Position numbers and translations under genes: made by a program. From contig OZ024743.1 of NCBI GenBank assembly GCA_964016885.1, positions 235,166,001 through 235,230,000 of the forward strand: DNA of 64,000 nt. The letters run 5' to 3'. This document shows, piece by piece, positions 22,621-35,667 of this stretch (position 1 is its first letter; each line of letters starts with the position of its first letter). The DNA is from Eledone cirrhosa. Lineage: Eukaryota. The notes below the pieces were generated by a model. That model ran no database searches. It saw only the letters and a program-made list of their open reading frames with translations, and was not told the DNA's origin.

Positions 22621-23017
22621 ATATTTGCCAGATGGTGCTATTAAGTTAGACATGGCTTGGGCCAATACTGGCCGAAACCTATAAAAGTTAAAACCTACAT
22701 ATATATATATGGCAAATAAGGCACCTGATGAGAAATGTAGATTTAAATAGTTTTTTGGTCGATGATACTGTACATGTTTTTATTACTATAGCTAAGTTTT
22801 ACCTTTTGGCATAAAGGGAGACAACTCGATACGCTGTTTCACTATTACCTACACAAACAGACGATAGGAATCTGTAGTTTCTACCAAATATTACTCACAA
22901 TGCTTTGCAAAGTCTCGTAAAAGGGTATCAGTTCAAGGACCATGTGAATGCAAAGCAAATTTTTCAATCACATCGCAATGCTTGAGCCTTATACATAAAT
23001 GAATGATACATATCTGG

Positions 23018-23360
23018 ACGTAGCATGGTTGAACGATTAAGGAATTCACTTTAAGTCCAAGGTTCGAATCTACTGCATGGCATCTTAGACAGGTTTAGTT
23101 AACTATAACCTCAGGTCGATGCATACCTTGTGAGTGCAATTGGGTAGACAGAAAATGTTTGGAAGCCCATCAGATGGTCTGTGTCTATAATTCCAAAGGC
23201 CAACCTTGTCACTATATTATGTCGAATCTCTCTGAGAATTAAGTTAAGAATACACGTGTCTTTGAAATACTCAGTCACACGATAATAACATCAACAGCCA
23301 ATTCTGTTAATTGAACAAATGGACCGCACATCGTTGAAAATAACGAAGATGCATTCCATT
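23018..23360 (+). mobile_element. Second tRNA-derived SINE family (partial reverse copy at 22840-22990)
   Basis: A-box-like TAGCATGGTTG, B-box GGTTCGAATC, body CCTTGTGAGTG..TTGGGTAGACAGAAA. Confidence 0.6.
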
Positions 23361-24041
23361 CCAAGGGAGGAGGACTGTCACAAAATGGCTGCAAAAAACT
23401 GGCCAAGCTGAAACAACAGAGTTTTGATAATTTGACCAGGGCTTAACATTAGTAGAAAATCATTGTACAAACTTGCAAACCCACATGAGTATGAAAAAAA
23501 AAAATGAATGTGTACATAAAGATATTTTCCAGACAGTCTTTTTGGAGAAGTCGTCGTCACAAAAAAAATAACACTTTAATCTCTTAGTATGAATCAAAGT
23601 GAAGAAGGAGGACCTTTAACTCTTAAAGGAGTCGTAGGGACCATCTTGACGCATGGTGCGTTTTGGGTACTTTAAACCAGGTGGGGCCCGTCTCTCTACA
23701 AGTCAGAACACAGCCAATTTCTTCCAGAGAAAGAAAGTGATAAAGAGAGATAGAGGAATAACTATATTTATCAACCTCAAAAGTATAAAAGGCAAAGTTG
23801 ACATTGACAGGGTTTGAACTCAGAGCGCTGTGAGCCATAACAAATACTAGAGTATTTTTATTCCAATGGCTAATTCGCTGCCTTATGCTTGGTTAAATTA
23901 TATTTCTGTAAATATCCTAGGGAAAATTTCACACCTATATGATTAATTTTATTTGTGTGAATTCATTCTGCTATAATTATTCTAACAATGAGGATATTTT
24001 CACATTTAGTTTCTTGGCTATATGAGATATTTCATATCTAG

Positions 24042-24782
24042 TTAAATTTGAATGGGTTCAAAAGTCTTTATCACAAATGTTGGTTCAATAGAATGTTTCA
24101 ATTTATGTTTACTTAACGATTCTTTTCTTGAGTATTCAGTTCCACATATTTCACATTTGTGTTCTTTCTTGACGGTATGAGATATTTCATGTCTAGTTAA
24201 ACTTCCACGTGTTGAAAACACTTTATCACAGATATTACATTGAAATGCTCGATCGTTAGTGTGTGTCAATTTATGTTCACTTAACTTATCTTTTCTTGAA
24301 AATGCTTTTTCACAAATTTCACATTGATATGGTTTTTCTCCAGTATGTATCAAGTTGTGTCTCATTAAGTGATTTTTTTCGGAAAACATCCATCCACATG
24401 TATCACACTTGAATTGTTTCACTCCCAAATGACTAAGCATATGATTTTCAAAGCGGCATTTCCGCAAATATGCCTTTCCACAAATATCACAGGAATTAGC
24501 ATTTCCATCACCATGAAGCATTTTATGCCTACCTAAACTAGACATGGAGAATTCCTTACCACAGATATCACAAGGATACATTTTACTCCCAATGTGAACA
24601 GCTTTATGTCTATTCAAGTGACTATTAGTAAAAAATGCCAGTCCACAAATTTCGCATGAGTACGGTCTCTCTCCAGTGTGCACCATTTTATGTCTCGCTA
24701 CATGATGTTTTCTTGAGAATGCTTTACCACAGATTTCACAGATGTGTGATTTTTCTATAGTAACAAATATTTTGTCTTCCAT
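24042..24782 (-). CDS. C2H2 zinc-finger protein, 246 aa, 8 tandem fingers, single coding exon
   Basis: ATG at 24782 (MEDKIF); eight CxxC-x11/12-HxxxH units with TGE(K/R)P-type linkers; no disablement; acceptor TGTATTTCAG with exon starting at 24992. Confidence 0.9.
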   Translation of the reverse strand: MEDKIFVTIEKSHICEICGKAFSRKHHVARHKMVHTGERPYSCEICGLAFFTNSHLNRHKAVHIGSKMYPCDICGKEFSMSSLGRHKMLHGDGNANSCDICGKAYLRKCRFENHMLSHLGVKQFKCDTCGWMFSEKNHLMRHNLIHTGEKPYQCEICEKAFSRKDKLSEHKLTHTNDRAFQCNICDKVFSTRGSLTRHEISHTVKKEHKCEICGTEYSRKESLSKHKLKHSIEPTFVIKTFEPIQI

Positions 24783-26307
24783 CAATTTCACAGAAATTAT
24801 AAAAATTTACAATATTCAGATATTGATACTTATTTTGAAAAGAAAAACTATCCGATAAACAAATATCCTTCACTCATATTGAATTGTCAGCATTCTTCTC
24901 ATCGGACACAAGAAATTTATTAAAGTAGGCATTTACAGTTGAATAATCCCAGTTTCCATTAAAAATTACCTTTTTTAAGTTACAAAGATGTCCTGAAATA
25001 CAACAAAAGTGACATTAATTTAAGGTTAACAATACCACCTTCACATTCTGAGTATCGTTTATAGATTAACATAGGTATATTTATAAGCTATATATATTTT
25101 ATTATTGACAACAAATTGTTTATAATTCTTACAGAATGAAAATATAAACACATAATAAATATAATTAATTATTGCTAGGAACCTCACAAATATAATTCAC
25201 AGTTATAGATACACCAAAATATAATCAAAATAGTTAAGACAAGAATGTTTTGATTTTAAACAATATAACTTCCTAAATATGAAAGAAGGGAGAAGAGACT
25301 CCAGTTGCAAATTATATTATTTACACACTAAATCTCACAATCTCGCCATGAAAGGGCACCATTAACATTATATAAAAATAATTGAGCAGTATCTACAAAA
25401 ACAAAACACACTATTAAAGGCAACAGAAATTGAAAAGGAGAAAAGAAACAAAGATCAAGCGACGAAAAAAAGGGAGAGGGACAGTCACTCTTCCAAGAGA
25501 GTAATTGTTCTCTGATGGAAGTTTAATAAAAGTTAAAACTAGTCAGTTCGATCTCTTCTAACAAGAGAGAGGGAAATCTGTAGTGTAACGACTGTTTACT
25601 TTTCAAATATATAGTTAATGTTGTGTGGTAAATAAATATATACATATACACCAGGTCCGAACACAATGTGGGCCCACAGGTTAGCCGCCCGTAGCCCCAG
25701 CTGACAAAATAGAGAAAGTGTTTCCCCGGATGATTGTGAGGGAGACGCACTGGAAGAGCCATTCCAGCTCGTGAGATTCACACCTGCGGGAAGCCAAACT
25801 GTGCCAATGGTGATGAATAGGGAGGCGGGCCAAGAACACCAGAATTGTATGTTTACTAAAAACTTACATTCGTAATTTATTATACTTCATATTTCAAATT
25901 ATCTTTAAAAAAACACTGCCAACTCTTCGAGTTGGCCTCCAAGTCTTTGCTTAAGCTGCTAGTAATAGCAACCAAATCTCAAATTATACACTATCAATGT
26001 TTTTACACGCTTACGTCTGACAAATACAGTCGTTTTCAATAGTAACATGGATTTTTAAAAAAAAAACATGGTCAGAGCTAGAACACTTTTGATCAAAGCT
26101 AACCAGAAACTAAACAACCAACATTAACTGACAGCAACAGTTTGCATAACACACACTAAACAAATGTTACCTTCTATTATAATTCCATTCACATTTTGTG
26201 TTTTTGTTTGAGGAATATGTTAGTCTACTGTACACCGTTCAGTTTAAATCCCAAGTTGCCAGATTTTGTGGGACGAGTCGTAATAATGTGTTGTTTAGTT
26301 ACTACGT

Positions 26308-26435
26308 ACTTACTTCTCTCGGTATTTGGTTGCAAACTTACAACTCCGTTTTATATTTTTTTCTTTTGAAGTTAAAACAGCAATACATTCCTCCGAAACA
26401 TTCCGGCACGTGGTTTTATGGATTACCGGAAGTAA
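26308..26435 (-). promoter_or_regulatory. Probable promoter and non-coding first exon of the ZNF gene
   Basis: ETS CCGGAAGT 26426-26433, E-box CACGTG 26407-26412, minus-strand GTAAGT donors at 26313 and about 26341. Confidence 0.5.
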
Positions 26436-26617
26436 AGACGAAACTAATTGATATACAAACAGTTTGTGGAAATTGAGCAAATTATTTTTACCTGGAAGGA
26501 GAGAAGAAATCTGACATTTCTTGATTTGTACCCTTCCCTTAAAAAGCCATGAAATGTTTATTTCGTGTGTTGAATAGCACCCTCCATGCAAGCGGCTTAG
26601 ATTCGTGTCATTTGTTT

Positions 26618-26860
26618 AAGGCGACAAATTAGCAGAATCGTTGGACAAAATATCTCACGATATTCAATGCTTTTACGCCCTGAGTTCAAATGTGGCCGCG
26701 GTCCACGTTTAAAAGAGGCATATTGACATAGTGTCGGTTAGAATGCCTTGCAGTATTCGTTTCATCTTTCTGGCTCTGAATTTATATTCGCCATAGTCAA
26801 CTTTACCTTTCTTCCTTTCGAGAATCTATAAATAAAAGTACCAATCCATTACTTAGATCG
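26618..26860 (+). mobile_element. Diverged SINE(s)
   Basis: AGGCGACAAATTAGCAGAATCG head, GAGTTCAAAT, core. Confidence 0.65.
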
Positions 26861-27059
26861 ATTCTCTCTCAGAAATGAGCTCTATTCAAATAGAGCGGCG
26901 ACCAGCCACCCGTGTCCTTTATCAAAATAAAGAAGAATTTTTTTTAATGAGAAATATTGAAACAAAAAAATGTACATGGATGTTATTCAGAAGTCAGTTG
27001 ATAATGGGTATATGGTTTCAAGCATGGAAAGAAAGACAAGAAAAATGAATAACCATAGA

Positions 27060-27223
27060 TAAACGTGTTTGGTTATAGTTGTATGCGAATGAGAGTTATC
27101 TTCCCTTACAACATATATTCGATTAATCTATCTTATCTTCAGAGCTGAACAAACTAAGAGTTTAATGTTCTACCCTTTTGGCATCTGCTAATTATAACAT
27201 GGTATCAGAAGTGAGATTCGAAC
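27060..27223 (+). mobile_element. LTR retrotransposon remnant: LTR 3' end plus tRNA-Leu-like primer binding site
   Basis: ...TATAACA followed by TGGTATCAGAAGTGAGATTCGAAC (27200-27223), complementary to a tRNA 3' end including CCA; left boundary uncertain. Confidence 0.55.
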
Positions 27224-27271
27224 TTACGATTACATTCATCAATAAAGCATGTGGGTGTTATTGACAATAAA

Positions 27272-27492
27272 TAACGGTTTATGATTTAGGCACAAGATCA
27301 ACAATTTTGTAGGGATGGGAAAGTCGATTAAATCAACTCAATATGTTACTGGTACTTTATTTCATCGACCTCGTAAGGATGAAAGGCAAAGCTAATCTCG
27401 GCGGGGTTTGAACTCAGAACGTAAAGGACCGTAGCTCTATGCCGTAAAGCATGTTGTCCGATGATCTATCGATACTGCTAATCCACCGCCCT
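27272..27492 (-). mobile_element. Full-length SINE
   Basis: Family core; TTGACAATAAATAA duplicated on both sides. Confidence 0.85.
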
Positions 27493-27855
27493 TGACAATA
27501 AATAAAACTATTGCATTCACCTAATTTCTTTCACATGTTCGCGCATATAAAATATATAACTACACGCACGCATACACTCACAAGAACACTAACGGATTGA
27601 ATCTTATAAAACAAGTGAAAGTAAGTAACCAGAATTACTGTACTACACGAACACACACACATATATATATAGAGAGAGAGATTAAGAAGAATCAAAGTCA
27701 GTGTTACAGCATAATTACAAACTTTATTGGCATATTACAATCGTTTTGATATCGATCAGCTCAGGGTACAGTTAAGATGATGGGGCCCTACTGTTTTTCG
27801 ACATCTCCTCAGATATGCAGTTAACAGGGTACAACTTAACTTGACAGAAGGCAAT

Positions 27856-28350
27856 CTCTGACATGCACTTGATAGGTTTGCTGCTGAGTGCAGCATGGCT
27901 GGAATGAAAAATCAATGCAGTGAAGACTAAGGCACTTGTCCTCACAAGGAAGCCTAACACTGAAGCAGATGAAGAAGTTCAAGTATCTCGGGGCTGTGTT
28001 GATGGAAGGCAGGAGGCTGAATTAAGTGCAAGAATTGCATGAGTTGGTGCAGTAATGTGCCACTACTCTAAGCTGAGAGATCATAGCTCCAATATTACAG
28101 ATATCTGATTTCAAATGTCTCAGAAAAGAATCACCTGACAGATTTTACAAGCAAAACCAACTAGCAAGAGACCCAGGAGTTGACGCCAAACAAGGTGGTT
28201 GAATAACATCTATGAGCTTGGCTGGTCCTGCTTGGGGATCCAACTGGATCAATTGGAGACGGTTGCTTCTGACAGGACCCGCTGGAAGGTGTGTTTGAGG
28301 ACTCTTCCTCTACGGCCTTCCCAGGAATATGTGAGCAAAGAAAAAGAATT
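27856..28350 (+). mobile_element. RTE family-2 3' fragment with internal deletions
   Basis: HALDRFAAECSMAGMKIN; KFKYLG; QLETVASDRTRWK. Confidence 0.75.
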
Positions 28351-28860
28351 CAGAAAAAGTCCATTTGATTTGAACCATGTGTTCAATTTAAGTAATTTGG
28401 CATTCATCATTAAGACTCCTTCATTATTATTATTCTCTTTGAAGAATACAGTTGTACCATCTATAAGAATATTATCAGATAATAGATTTGATATTTCAGT
28501 TAAATCTTTATTGTATATAAGAAATATCATTATTGATCTCTGGGGAACACCCAATTCACAAAAGAAATTAGACTTATGTTGTATGTATGGACCTATAACT
28601 TCTGAGGGAGCACCATAGTGACATACAGCATTTCTAGGGCATTTTAAAACCAAGCAGAGCCCATCTGCTCCCCAGAGAAGGTTGGAGAGTGAGAGAATGG
28701 AAGTGAGAAAGAGATATAAAGGAAGAATCAACATCACTACTAGACTGGTACTTTTTTATCAACTGTAAATGGATGAAAGCAAAGCTGTCCTTGGCTGAAT
28801 TTGAACTCAGAGAGTAGAGAGCCGAAATGAATACTGCAAAGCATTCTTTCCAACGTTCTA

Positions 28861-30179
28861 ATCATCATCATCACCGTTTTACGTCCGTTCTTCCACGCTA
28901 GCATGGGTTAGACGGGTTGTCCTGTTGTGTGCAGTGTCTGGTCGGCTGACCATGCCTTGCTCATACAGGAACTGATCTGGCTTGATTTCTACAGCTGGAT
29001 GCCCTTCCTAACACCAACCTCATTTACAGTGAGTGCTGGGTGCTTTTTCGTGGCGGCTACACGTCCACTTTACAGTGTGGGCTGGGTGCTTTTTTGCCGT
29101 GGCACCTCCACGACCACCTTGCGGTGTGGGGGCATATTGTTTATATGCTTCAGCATGTACCCATGGGAGGTCGGGTACTCTGTATTACTGCGTGACGCCA
29201 GAAGTCACGGTCGTATGTCATTGTCTTTGAGAGGTGTAATTGGGTAAGGTCGGCTTTTATCACCTCATCCCAGGTCATCTTGGGTCTCCCCACTCCGCGG
29301 TTTCCATCAACTTCTAGTGCTCTGCACCTTTTTATGCAGCTGTCATCCTTCATACGCATCACATGTCCATACCAGCGCAACCGCCTCTCCTGCACACAGC
29401 ATTTGATTCCTCTTATGCTCAGTCTCTCTCTCAATTCATTTATGCTTTGTCGTTCACGTATATTACTGTTACACATCCATCGGAGCATGCAGGCTTTGTT
29501 TCTCTCTAATCTACGTAAGTCTTCCACCTTCAGCGCCCAGGTCTCACTACCATGCAACATCGCTGTTCGGATATATGCATCATACAGTCTGCCTTTCATT
29601 CTGAGGGAGAAGCCTTTTGTAGCTAGCAGTGGTAGTAGTTCCCTAAACTTCTTCCATCCCGTTCTTACCCTAGTTATTGTACTTTCTGAACACCCACCTC
29701 CGTTGCTAATTCGGTCACCTCGGTAGCAGAAGCTGTCTACTGTTTCTACAGGGCCCTCCCAGAGATTGGTGGTACTTGTTTCCTGTGGCTGTTTGCTGCT
29801 TGCTGTTTCAGCACAGCTGCTGCATGTGAATCCTACATTCTTAATTAAGCTTCCTGAGATCCCGCTACATCTCTTGTGTACCCATTGTTTGCATTTGGGG
29901 CAGAGAATGGAGTTCCTACCTACACCTTTCCTACATACTGAGCAAGGCCATTTCCCTGAGGGGATCTGGGTTCTGTTTTCTCGTCTACTTACAAGGACCT
30001 TAGTCTTTGTCATGTTGACTTTGAGACCCTTTCTCTCTAGTCCCTGCTTCCAGGTTTGGAATTTATTCTCTAGTTCTATCATAGATTCAGCTATGAGTGC
30101 GAGGTCATCAGCATACAGGAGTTCCCATGGGCATCCGGTCTTAAATTCCTCCGTTATTGCCTGCAGGACTATGATGAAT
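28861..30179 (-). mobile_element. RTE family-1 LINE, 5'-truncated, PHD-like finger within RT, (TGA)n tail
   Basis: 348-aa ORF: ELLYADDL, KTKV, CSVC..CPKCKQWVHKRC..CSSC, LHGSETW, RLRWYGHVMRM, GRPK. Confidence 0.9.
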
Positions 30180-30773
30180 TGACTCTGCCAATTCAAAACC
30201 TAGCCTAATATTACATGCTCTTATTTTATAAAGTGTTTTTGAAAGTAACGATAAAATAAAGTACCAGTAATGCACTGGGTATTTGCTGGCCTTGTGCCTA
30301 AAGTAGAAACAATTATTTAACTAGTGGACCAGTGTCATCAATAATGATGGCCTTAGTATTGAACATGTTTAATTTTTGGAGTCCAGGATTGTATAGTTTA
30401 CATAAGAGAAACCCTAGAATTTATGTTAATTATTGACATGTGGATGTGATTAAAGATAAGAATGATATTGTAATAATTTATTTCTAGGACAAATGTTCAG
30501 CATATATGTCCAAATGACATACATGATTAAATATATGAGTAACTTTGGAAAAATAAGTATTTACAGGGTTAAATGTAGATTTAGAACCTAGGATCTTGTG
30601 ATAGGAAAGCAAACTTCTTATTGTAGCAACATGACTAATATCAGAAATGCAATGTGTGTATTCCTGTGTGTGTGAATTTTCAAGAGTTACAGGCGAAGAT
30701 ATATATAAGTATACAAACACACATTATGATAGTTGATATATAAATATATATCAATCGGTAAGTTATTTGTCTC

Positions 30774-33450
30774 TAATGATAATAATGAAATATTGTGTAC
30801 AGTGCTCAGGTGCACTACAACTCATCAAAAAGTGTATCTATAGTACATAGGGTAATGTACAAACGTCAGGGAAATGAACAGTGCATGAGTCATGATATAC
30901 ACATGTTTGCATGTGTATGGAAGGGGTACATCAGGTGTAGTTTTGGCGAATTTCGGGAAGCATGAGGGTTTTAAAGGATGCAGTGTCTCGGCAGCTAACA
31001 ACTGACGCAGGCAGTTTGTTCCATGCTTCAGCAACTCTGAGAGTGAAAAAATGTTTCCGAAAGTCAAGGGAGCTGTGCTGTTTTCTGATTTTGTAGGCAT
31101 GTCCACGTGTGTTAGACACATGGAGATCAAAAAGGTGCTCAGGGTTGTTGTTGTCGAGATGGTTAATAACTTTGTGGGTGTTTACCAAGTCCATTGCCAG
31201 ACGTTGGAGCTTCAATGAATCCATGCCCAGGGAAGCAAGGCGTTCAGAGTATTGTAGGTGTCTGATGGAGGGTATGCACTTGGTTGCACATCCCTGAACA
31301 GTTTCCAGGAGGTCAATGTTCTGAACAAGATAGGGGTTCCAGACTGATGATGCGAATTCCAAGTGTGGTCGTACCATAGCTGTATACAGCTTTAAATAGA
31401 TGGCTGGAGAGCGGCTAACAAAGGTCTTGCTGAATGATGCCAAGACACCCTCGGCCTTCTTGACAATCTTAGCGACGTGCTTTGTCCAACGCAAATCGCT
31501 GCTGACAGTAATGCCCAGGTCACATTCACAAGAGGACTTCTTAATATCAGTGTTGTGGAGGGAGTATGTGGACGCTGCATTTTTCCTCCCAAAATGCATG
31601 GTGGTACACTTGTCCACAGCCAGCTTCAGTTGCCAGTCTGTGATCCATTGCTGCATTGTGTCCAGGTCTGATTGTAGGAAAGAGTTGTAGATTTCAGGAT
31701 CAGTCCTTTTGATTTCAAGGTACAGCTTGATGTCATCTGCATATTTCAGTACCGTGGCATTCTTTAAGTTGGCATCTATGTCATTAATATATGCCACAAA
31801 CAAAAGGGGACCAAGAACAGATCCCTGTGGTACACCAGATGACATCTCATATGGTGAAGAATACTGTCCTAGAACCGTGACTACCTCTTTTCGGCTGAGA
31901 ATGAAGGATTTCAACCAGGTAAAAAGATCATCCCTCACACCCATTGCATAGAGTTTTGCCATAAGTCTTTTGTGTGGCACAGAATTAAAAGCCTTAGCAA
32001 AGTCAAGGTAAACAACATCCACCCATGAGCTGCTGTCAGTGATCTGGGTAATGTCTTCAAGGAACTCGATAAGCTGATCAGAGCAGCTGGAGTTAGGGAT
32101 AAATCCAAACTGTGAGGGATGGATGAGGCTGTGAGAGCTCCAGAAGTTCCAAAGTGTTTCTCTGACACAGGATTCCATCAGTTTGGCAATACAGCTAGTA
32201 AGACTGACTGGACGATATTTGACAGGTGACGTGTGGTCGCCCTTTTTGAACAGGGGAATGACACTAGCAGTTTTCCACTGCTCCGGAGTAGCACCATTGT
32301 TGAGACAGTATTGAAATAAGAAAGAAAGCTGGTGCAAAAGGAAGTACCCACCATGTTTGAGAAGCAGGTATGTAACACCATCAAGACCAGGGGAGGCATA
32401 GTTGCGCTTATTCTTAAGGTGACGTCACAACATTGCAGGTGTAAATTCCATAGTTGTTATGGAATTTGATGTTAGAGATGGTGGAGATGGTACATTCTGG
32501 TTTTCAACAGTAAAAATGCTTGCATAGCACTCAGCAATGAGTTCTGCGCATTGTTTGGGATCGTCAGTGATCTGGCTTGTGTGGGGATTGCGAAGAGGAC
32601 CAACTGGAGAGTGAGGTCTCTGCTTTGAATGAACATATTTCCAGAATACCTTACTGTCAGGATTGGTTGCTATGCACTGTTCAAATTCAAGCACTGCCTT
32701 CTTTGTCACTTGCTTGAGATGGTTGGAAGATTTATTCCGCTTTTTTCTGTTGGCATCTGATTTATGCAGTTTATATTCCTATTCAGCGTTCCGACGTTCT
32801 TTCCTGGCAAGTCGGACCGCTGAAGTTTCCCAAATTGCACTTTTGGGTGTTTTTTTTTCTGCTTACGTGGCACCGATGCTGCACACGCTATCCATATTGA
32901 GTCCAGGATGCTCTGGAGTATAGTGTTCACATCTCCAGAGTTATACAACTCATGCCAGTTAGGGCGCTGTAGCTCAGTGCAGTACAAGTTCCAATCTGCT
33001 TTCTTCCAATCAAAGCAAGCAGATTGGAGATGGTTCTGGTTTTTGTTGCTGCCCGCAAGAGCTAGATTGGCAATGATCATAGCATAATAAGAGTCGCCTA
33101 GAGGTTCCTCAGTAGTACAACTGATAACCACTTCAGGAGTAGTGGTGAAGATCAGGTCCAAAGTGTTGTCACCTCTTGTTGGAGAGGTGACTACTTGTGA
33201 CCAGTTTGAGTCCAGCATTAGCTCAAGGAAATTGTTTGCACTTTGTGGCCAATGAAAGGTTTCCCAATCGATCTCAGGATGATTGAAGTCACCTGCAATA
33301 AACAGATAAGTGGCTGTTTTCCTGGCAGCAGCTCTGAGAATATCGCAAAGCTGTGTGTCCTGATGGTAGTTTTTTGGGGGGTGGGTGGGTGGGGGTGATA
33401 AACAACACCAATATAGTCAACGTCTCAATGAAAAGGTAAATATCAACTCA
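30774..33450 (-). mobile_element. CR1-clade LINE ORF2 (APE + RT), frameshifted, 5'-truncated
   Basis: AGDFN, TRGDNTLDL, YRPVSLTS, YLDFAKAF, GVPQGSVLGP, YADDIK, C-terminal TRGH..WNKLP, (TTA)n tail. Confidence 0.92.
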
Positions 33451-33502
33451 GAGAAGCATTTAAACATATTTAACTTAGAGAAGCATTTAAACATACTTAA
33501 CT

Positions 33503-34009
33503 TAAGCCAAAATCTCAATTGAGGGGAGTGGGGAAATAAGGTAGACAAACTAAAATAAGTCAGTTTCACTCATATAACATCTCCAACTGCAGTTTCTGGA
33601 ATTATGAAACAATAGTAATTATCTCAGTATGACAGGCTTTTAATAACGCTAGAAATGGCACCCAAAAACCCATCTAAATCTACTCAACAATCAAGGAGTA
33701 ATGGATATCAATTAGAAAGTTGCCCTGATATATAAAGATATATGTTCATTTAATAGTTGAATGACACACTGAACGCACTATGCTGTTTTGACAATGACAT
33801 GGTCTGTATGCTTTCTATTTAATATTTTCTCAACTTCCAAAGAATTTCCCCATGAAGACAGAATATTCTTCCAATATTGGTTGTCTTAATTTAATGAGAT
33901 AATTAATATTGTTCCTTAATTTCTGAAACTGCAGTTGGGGACACTACATGAGTGAAACTGACTTATTTTATTTTTCTAAAATATATCCCCCAATTAAGAT
34001 TTTGGCTTA
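33503..34009. mobile_element. MITE with about 120-bp imperfect TIRs
   Basis: TAAGCCAAAATCT..AAAATAAGTCAGTTTCACTCAT..CCAACTGCAGTTTC..AATTATCTCA mirrored at 33895-34009. Confidence 0.75.
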
Positions 34010-34214
34010 TATAACAAATATAACATCATATAGAAACTACGTAATATGACAGCTGCAGCTTGATAAAGACTGTCTTCCCAATTAGGTGGCTGTTGCGGTT
34101 CAGTTATGTAAGTCAAGTTTGGGAGGATGGGTGGTCTGCATTTGGTTTGCCGAATTTTGAGGGTGAGTAGACTAATTGAGCAATAAGAGTCTTATTTACG
34201 TATATATGTATTGT

Positions 34215-34527
34215 AAATGTGATTGGTGTTAGGAACGGCATCCAGCTGTAAAAAGCCTGGACAAATTTACAGTCCTGTCAGAGCAAGGTACAGCCTGGCC
34301 AATCCTGGCCAGACTTATCTCTCATCTGACCCACGCAAGTATGGAAAAATGGACGTTAAATGGTAATGATGATGATATGTATATATGTACACACACACAC
34401 ACACATATATATATATATCCTATACGAGCAAGACACGGTCATCCGACCAATCTTGCTTCAAGTGGGACAATTCCCGTTTAACCCATGCTAGCATGGAAGA
34501 TAGACGATAAATGATGATGATGATGAT
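34215..34527 (+). mobile_element. Two RTE-1-type 3' UTR fragments with (TGA)n tails (similar pieces at 39650-39840, 44420-44680, 45060-45312, 45955-46238, 48660-48912)
   Basis: TTGGYGTTAGGAAGGGCATCCAGCTGTAG..ACCCATGCTAGCATGGAA..GACGTTAAA(TGA)n. Confidence 0.7.
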
Positions 34528-34574
34528 ATATATATATAAAAACACATTATTATAGTTGGGGATGTATAGAAATA

Positions 34575-35559
34575 TCACAGAGACAAGACCTCTCCTGTGT
34601 GAAGCATTTTATGGCGTTTAAAGACACCATTATACGAGAATGTTTCACCACAAATCTTACAGTGGTATCGTTTTTCACCTGTATGGACTATTTTATGATT
34701 TATTAATGAAGAATTATGTGAGAATGTTTTACCACAAATATCACAGTGGTATGGCCTTTCTCTTGTATGTACAATCTTATGTCTCTGTAAGTTTGTATTA
34801 CATGTGAAGGTTTTATCACAAATGTCACAGTTGTATGGCCTCTCTGCTGTGTGGATAAGAATGTGTCTCTTTAAGTTTGTATTACATGTGAACGTTTTAT
34901 TACAAATATCACACTGGTATGGCCTCTCTCCTATATGATCCTTTATGCTTTTTTAAGTTTGTATTACACGTGAATGCTTTATCATGAATATCACACTTGT
35001 ATGGCCGATCTCCTGTATGGACCATTTTATGTCTGGTTACATGATCATTTCTAAAGAATGTTTTACCACATATTTCACAGTAGTATGGTCTCTGTCCCGT
35101 GTGAACATGATCAATTCTAAGAAATGATTTACTACAGATTTCACAGTGATACCGTCTCTCTCTTGTATGTATTACCATATGACTCTCTAATGTATAGTTA
35201 TGTAAGAATGTTTTACTACAAATTTCACAATGGTATGGTTTCTTTCTATTATCAACCATTTTATTTCTACTTACTTGATCCTTTCTATGTTGTGCTTTAT
35301 GAAGTGATTCATGCCACTTTAGACTCCCATTAAATGAGAATCTGTTCCCACAGATTGCACACTGGTATGGCCTCTCTCTCCTATGGATCACTTTATGATT
35401 CTTTAACGTATGCTTATTGTAAAATGTTTTATCACATATTTCATAGTAAAGTTGTTTCTTTTCTGTGTAAGTATGCTCATGCTGAAGAAACTTACAGCTA
35501 TTTAAAAACATTTTACCACAAATATTACAATTGCAGACTTTCTCTTTTATAAGAGCCAT
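34575..35559 (-). pseudogene. C2H2-ZNF pseudogene (frameshift near 34940, broken fingers)
   Basis: 217-aa ORF with lost Cys/His and partial-finger deletions; four more fingers follow in another frame to TGA at 34575. Confidence 0.8.
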
Positions 35560-35667
35560 CAAGTCTTCTCAAGCTGATGTTATTTAAAAGTTCTAAATTG
35601 AAATACCACTGGGGTGAACCCTGTACTTTATCCATCTAATATTCAAAAATATTAGTAATATACTGAA

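Noticed and set aside
29280-31951. Plus-strand ORFs over RTE and CR1
   Set aside because: Antisense shadows of the retrotransposon ORFs
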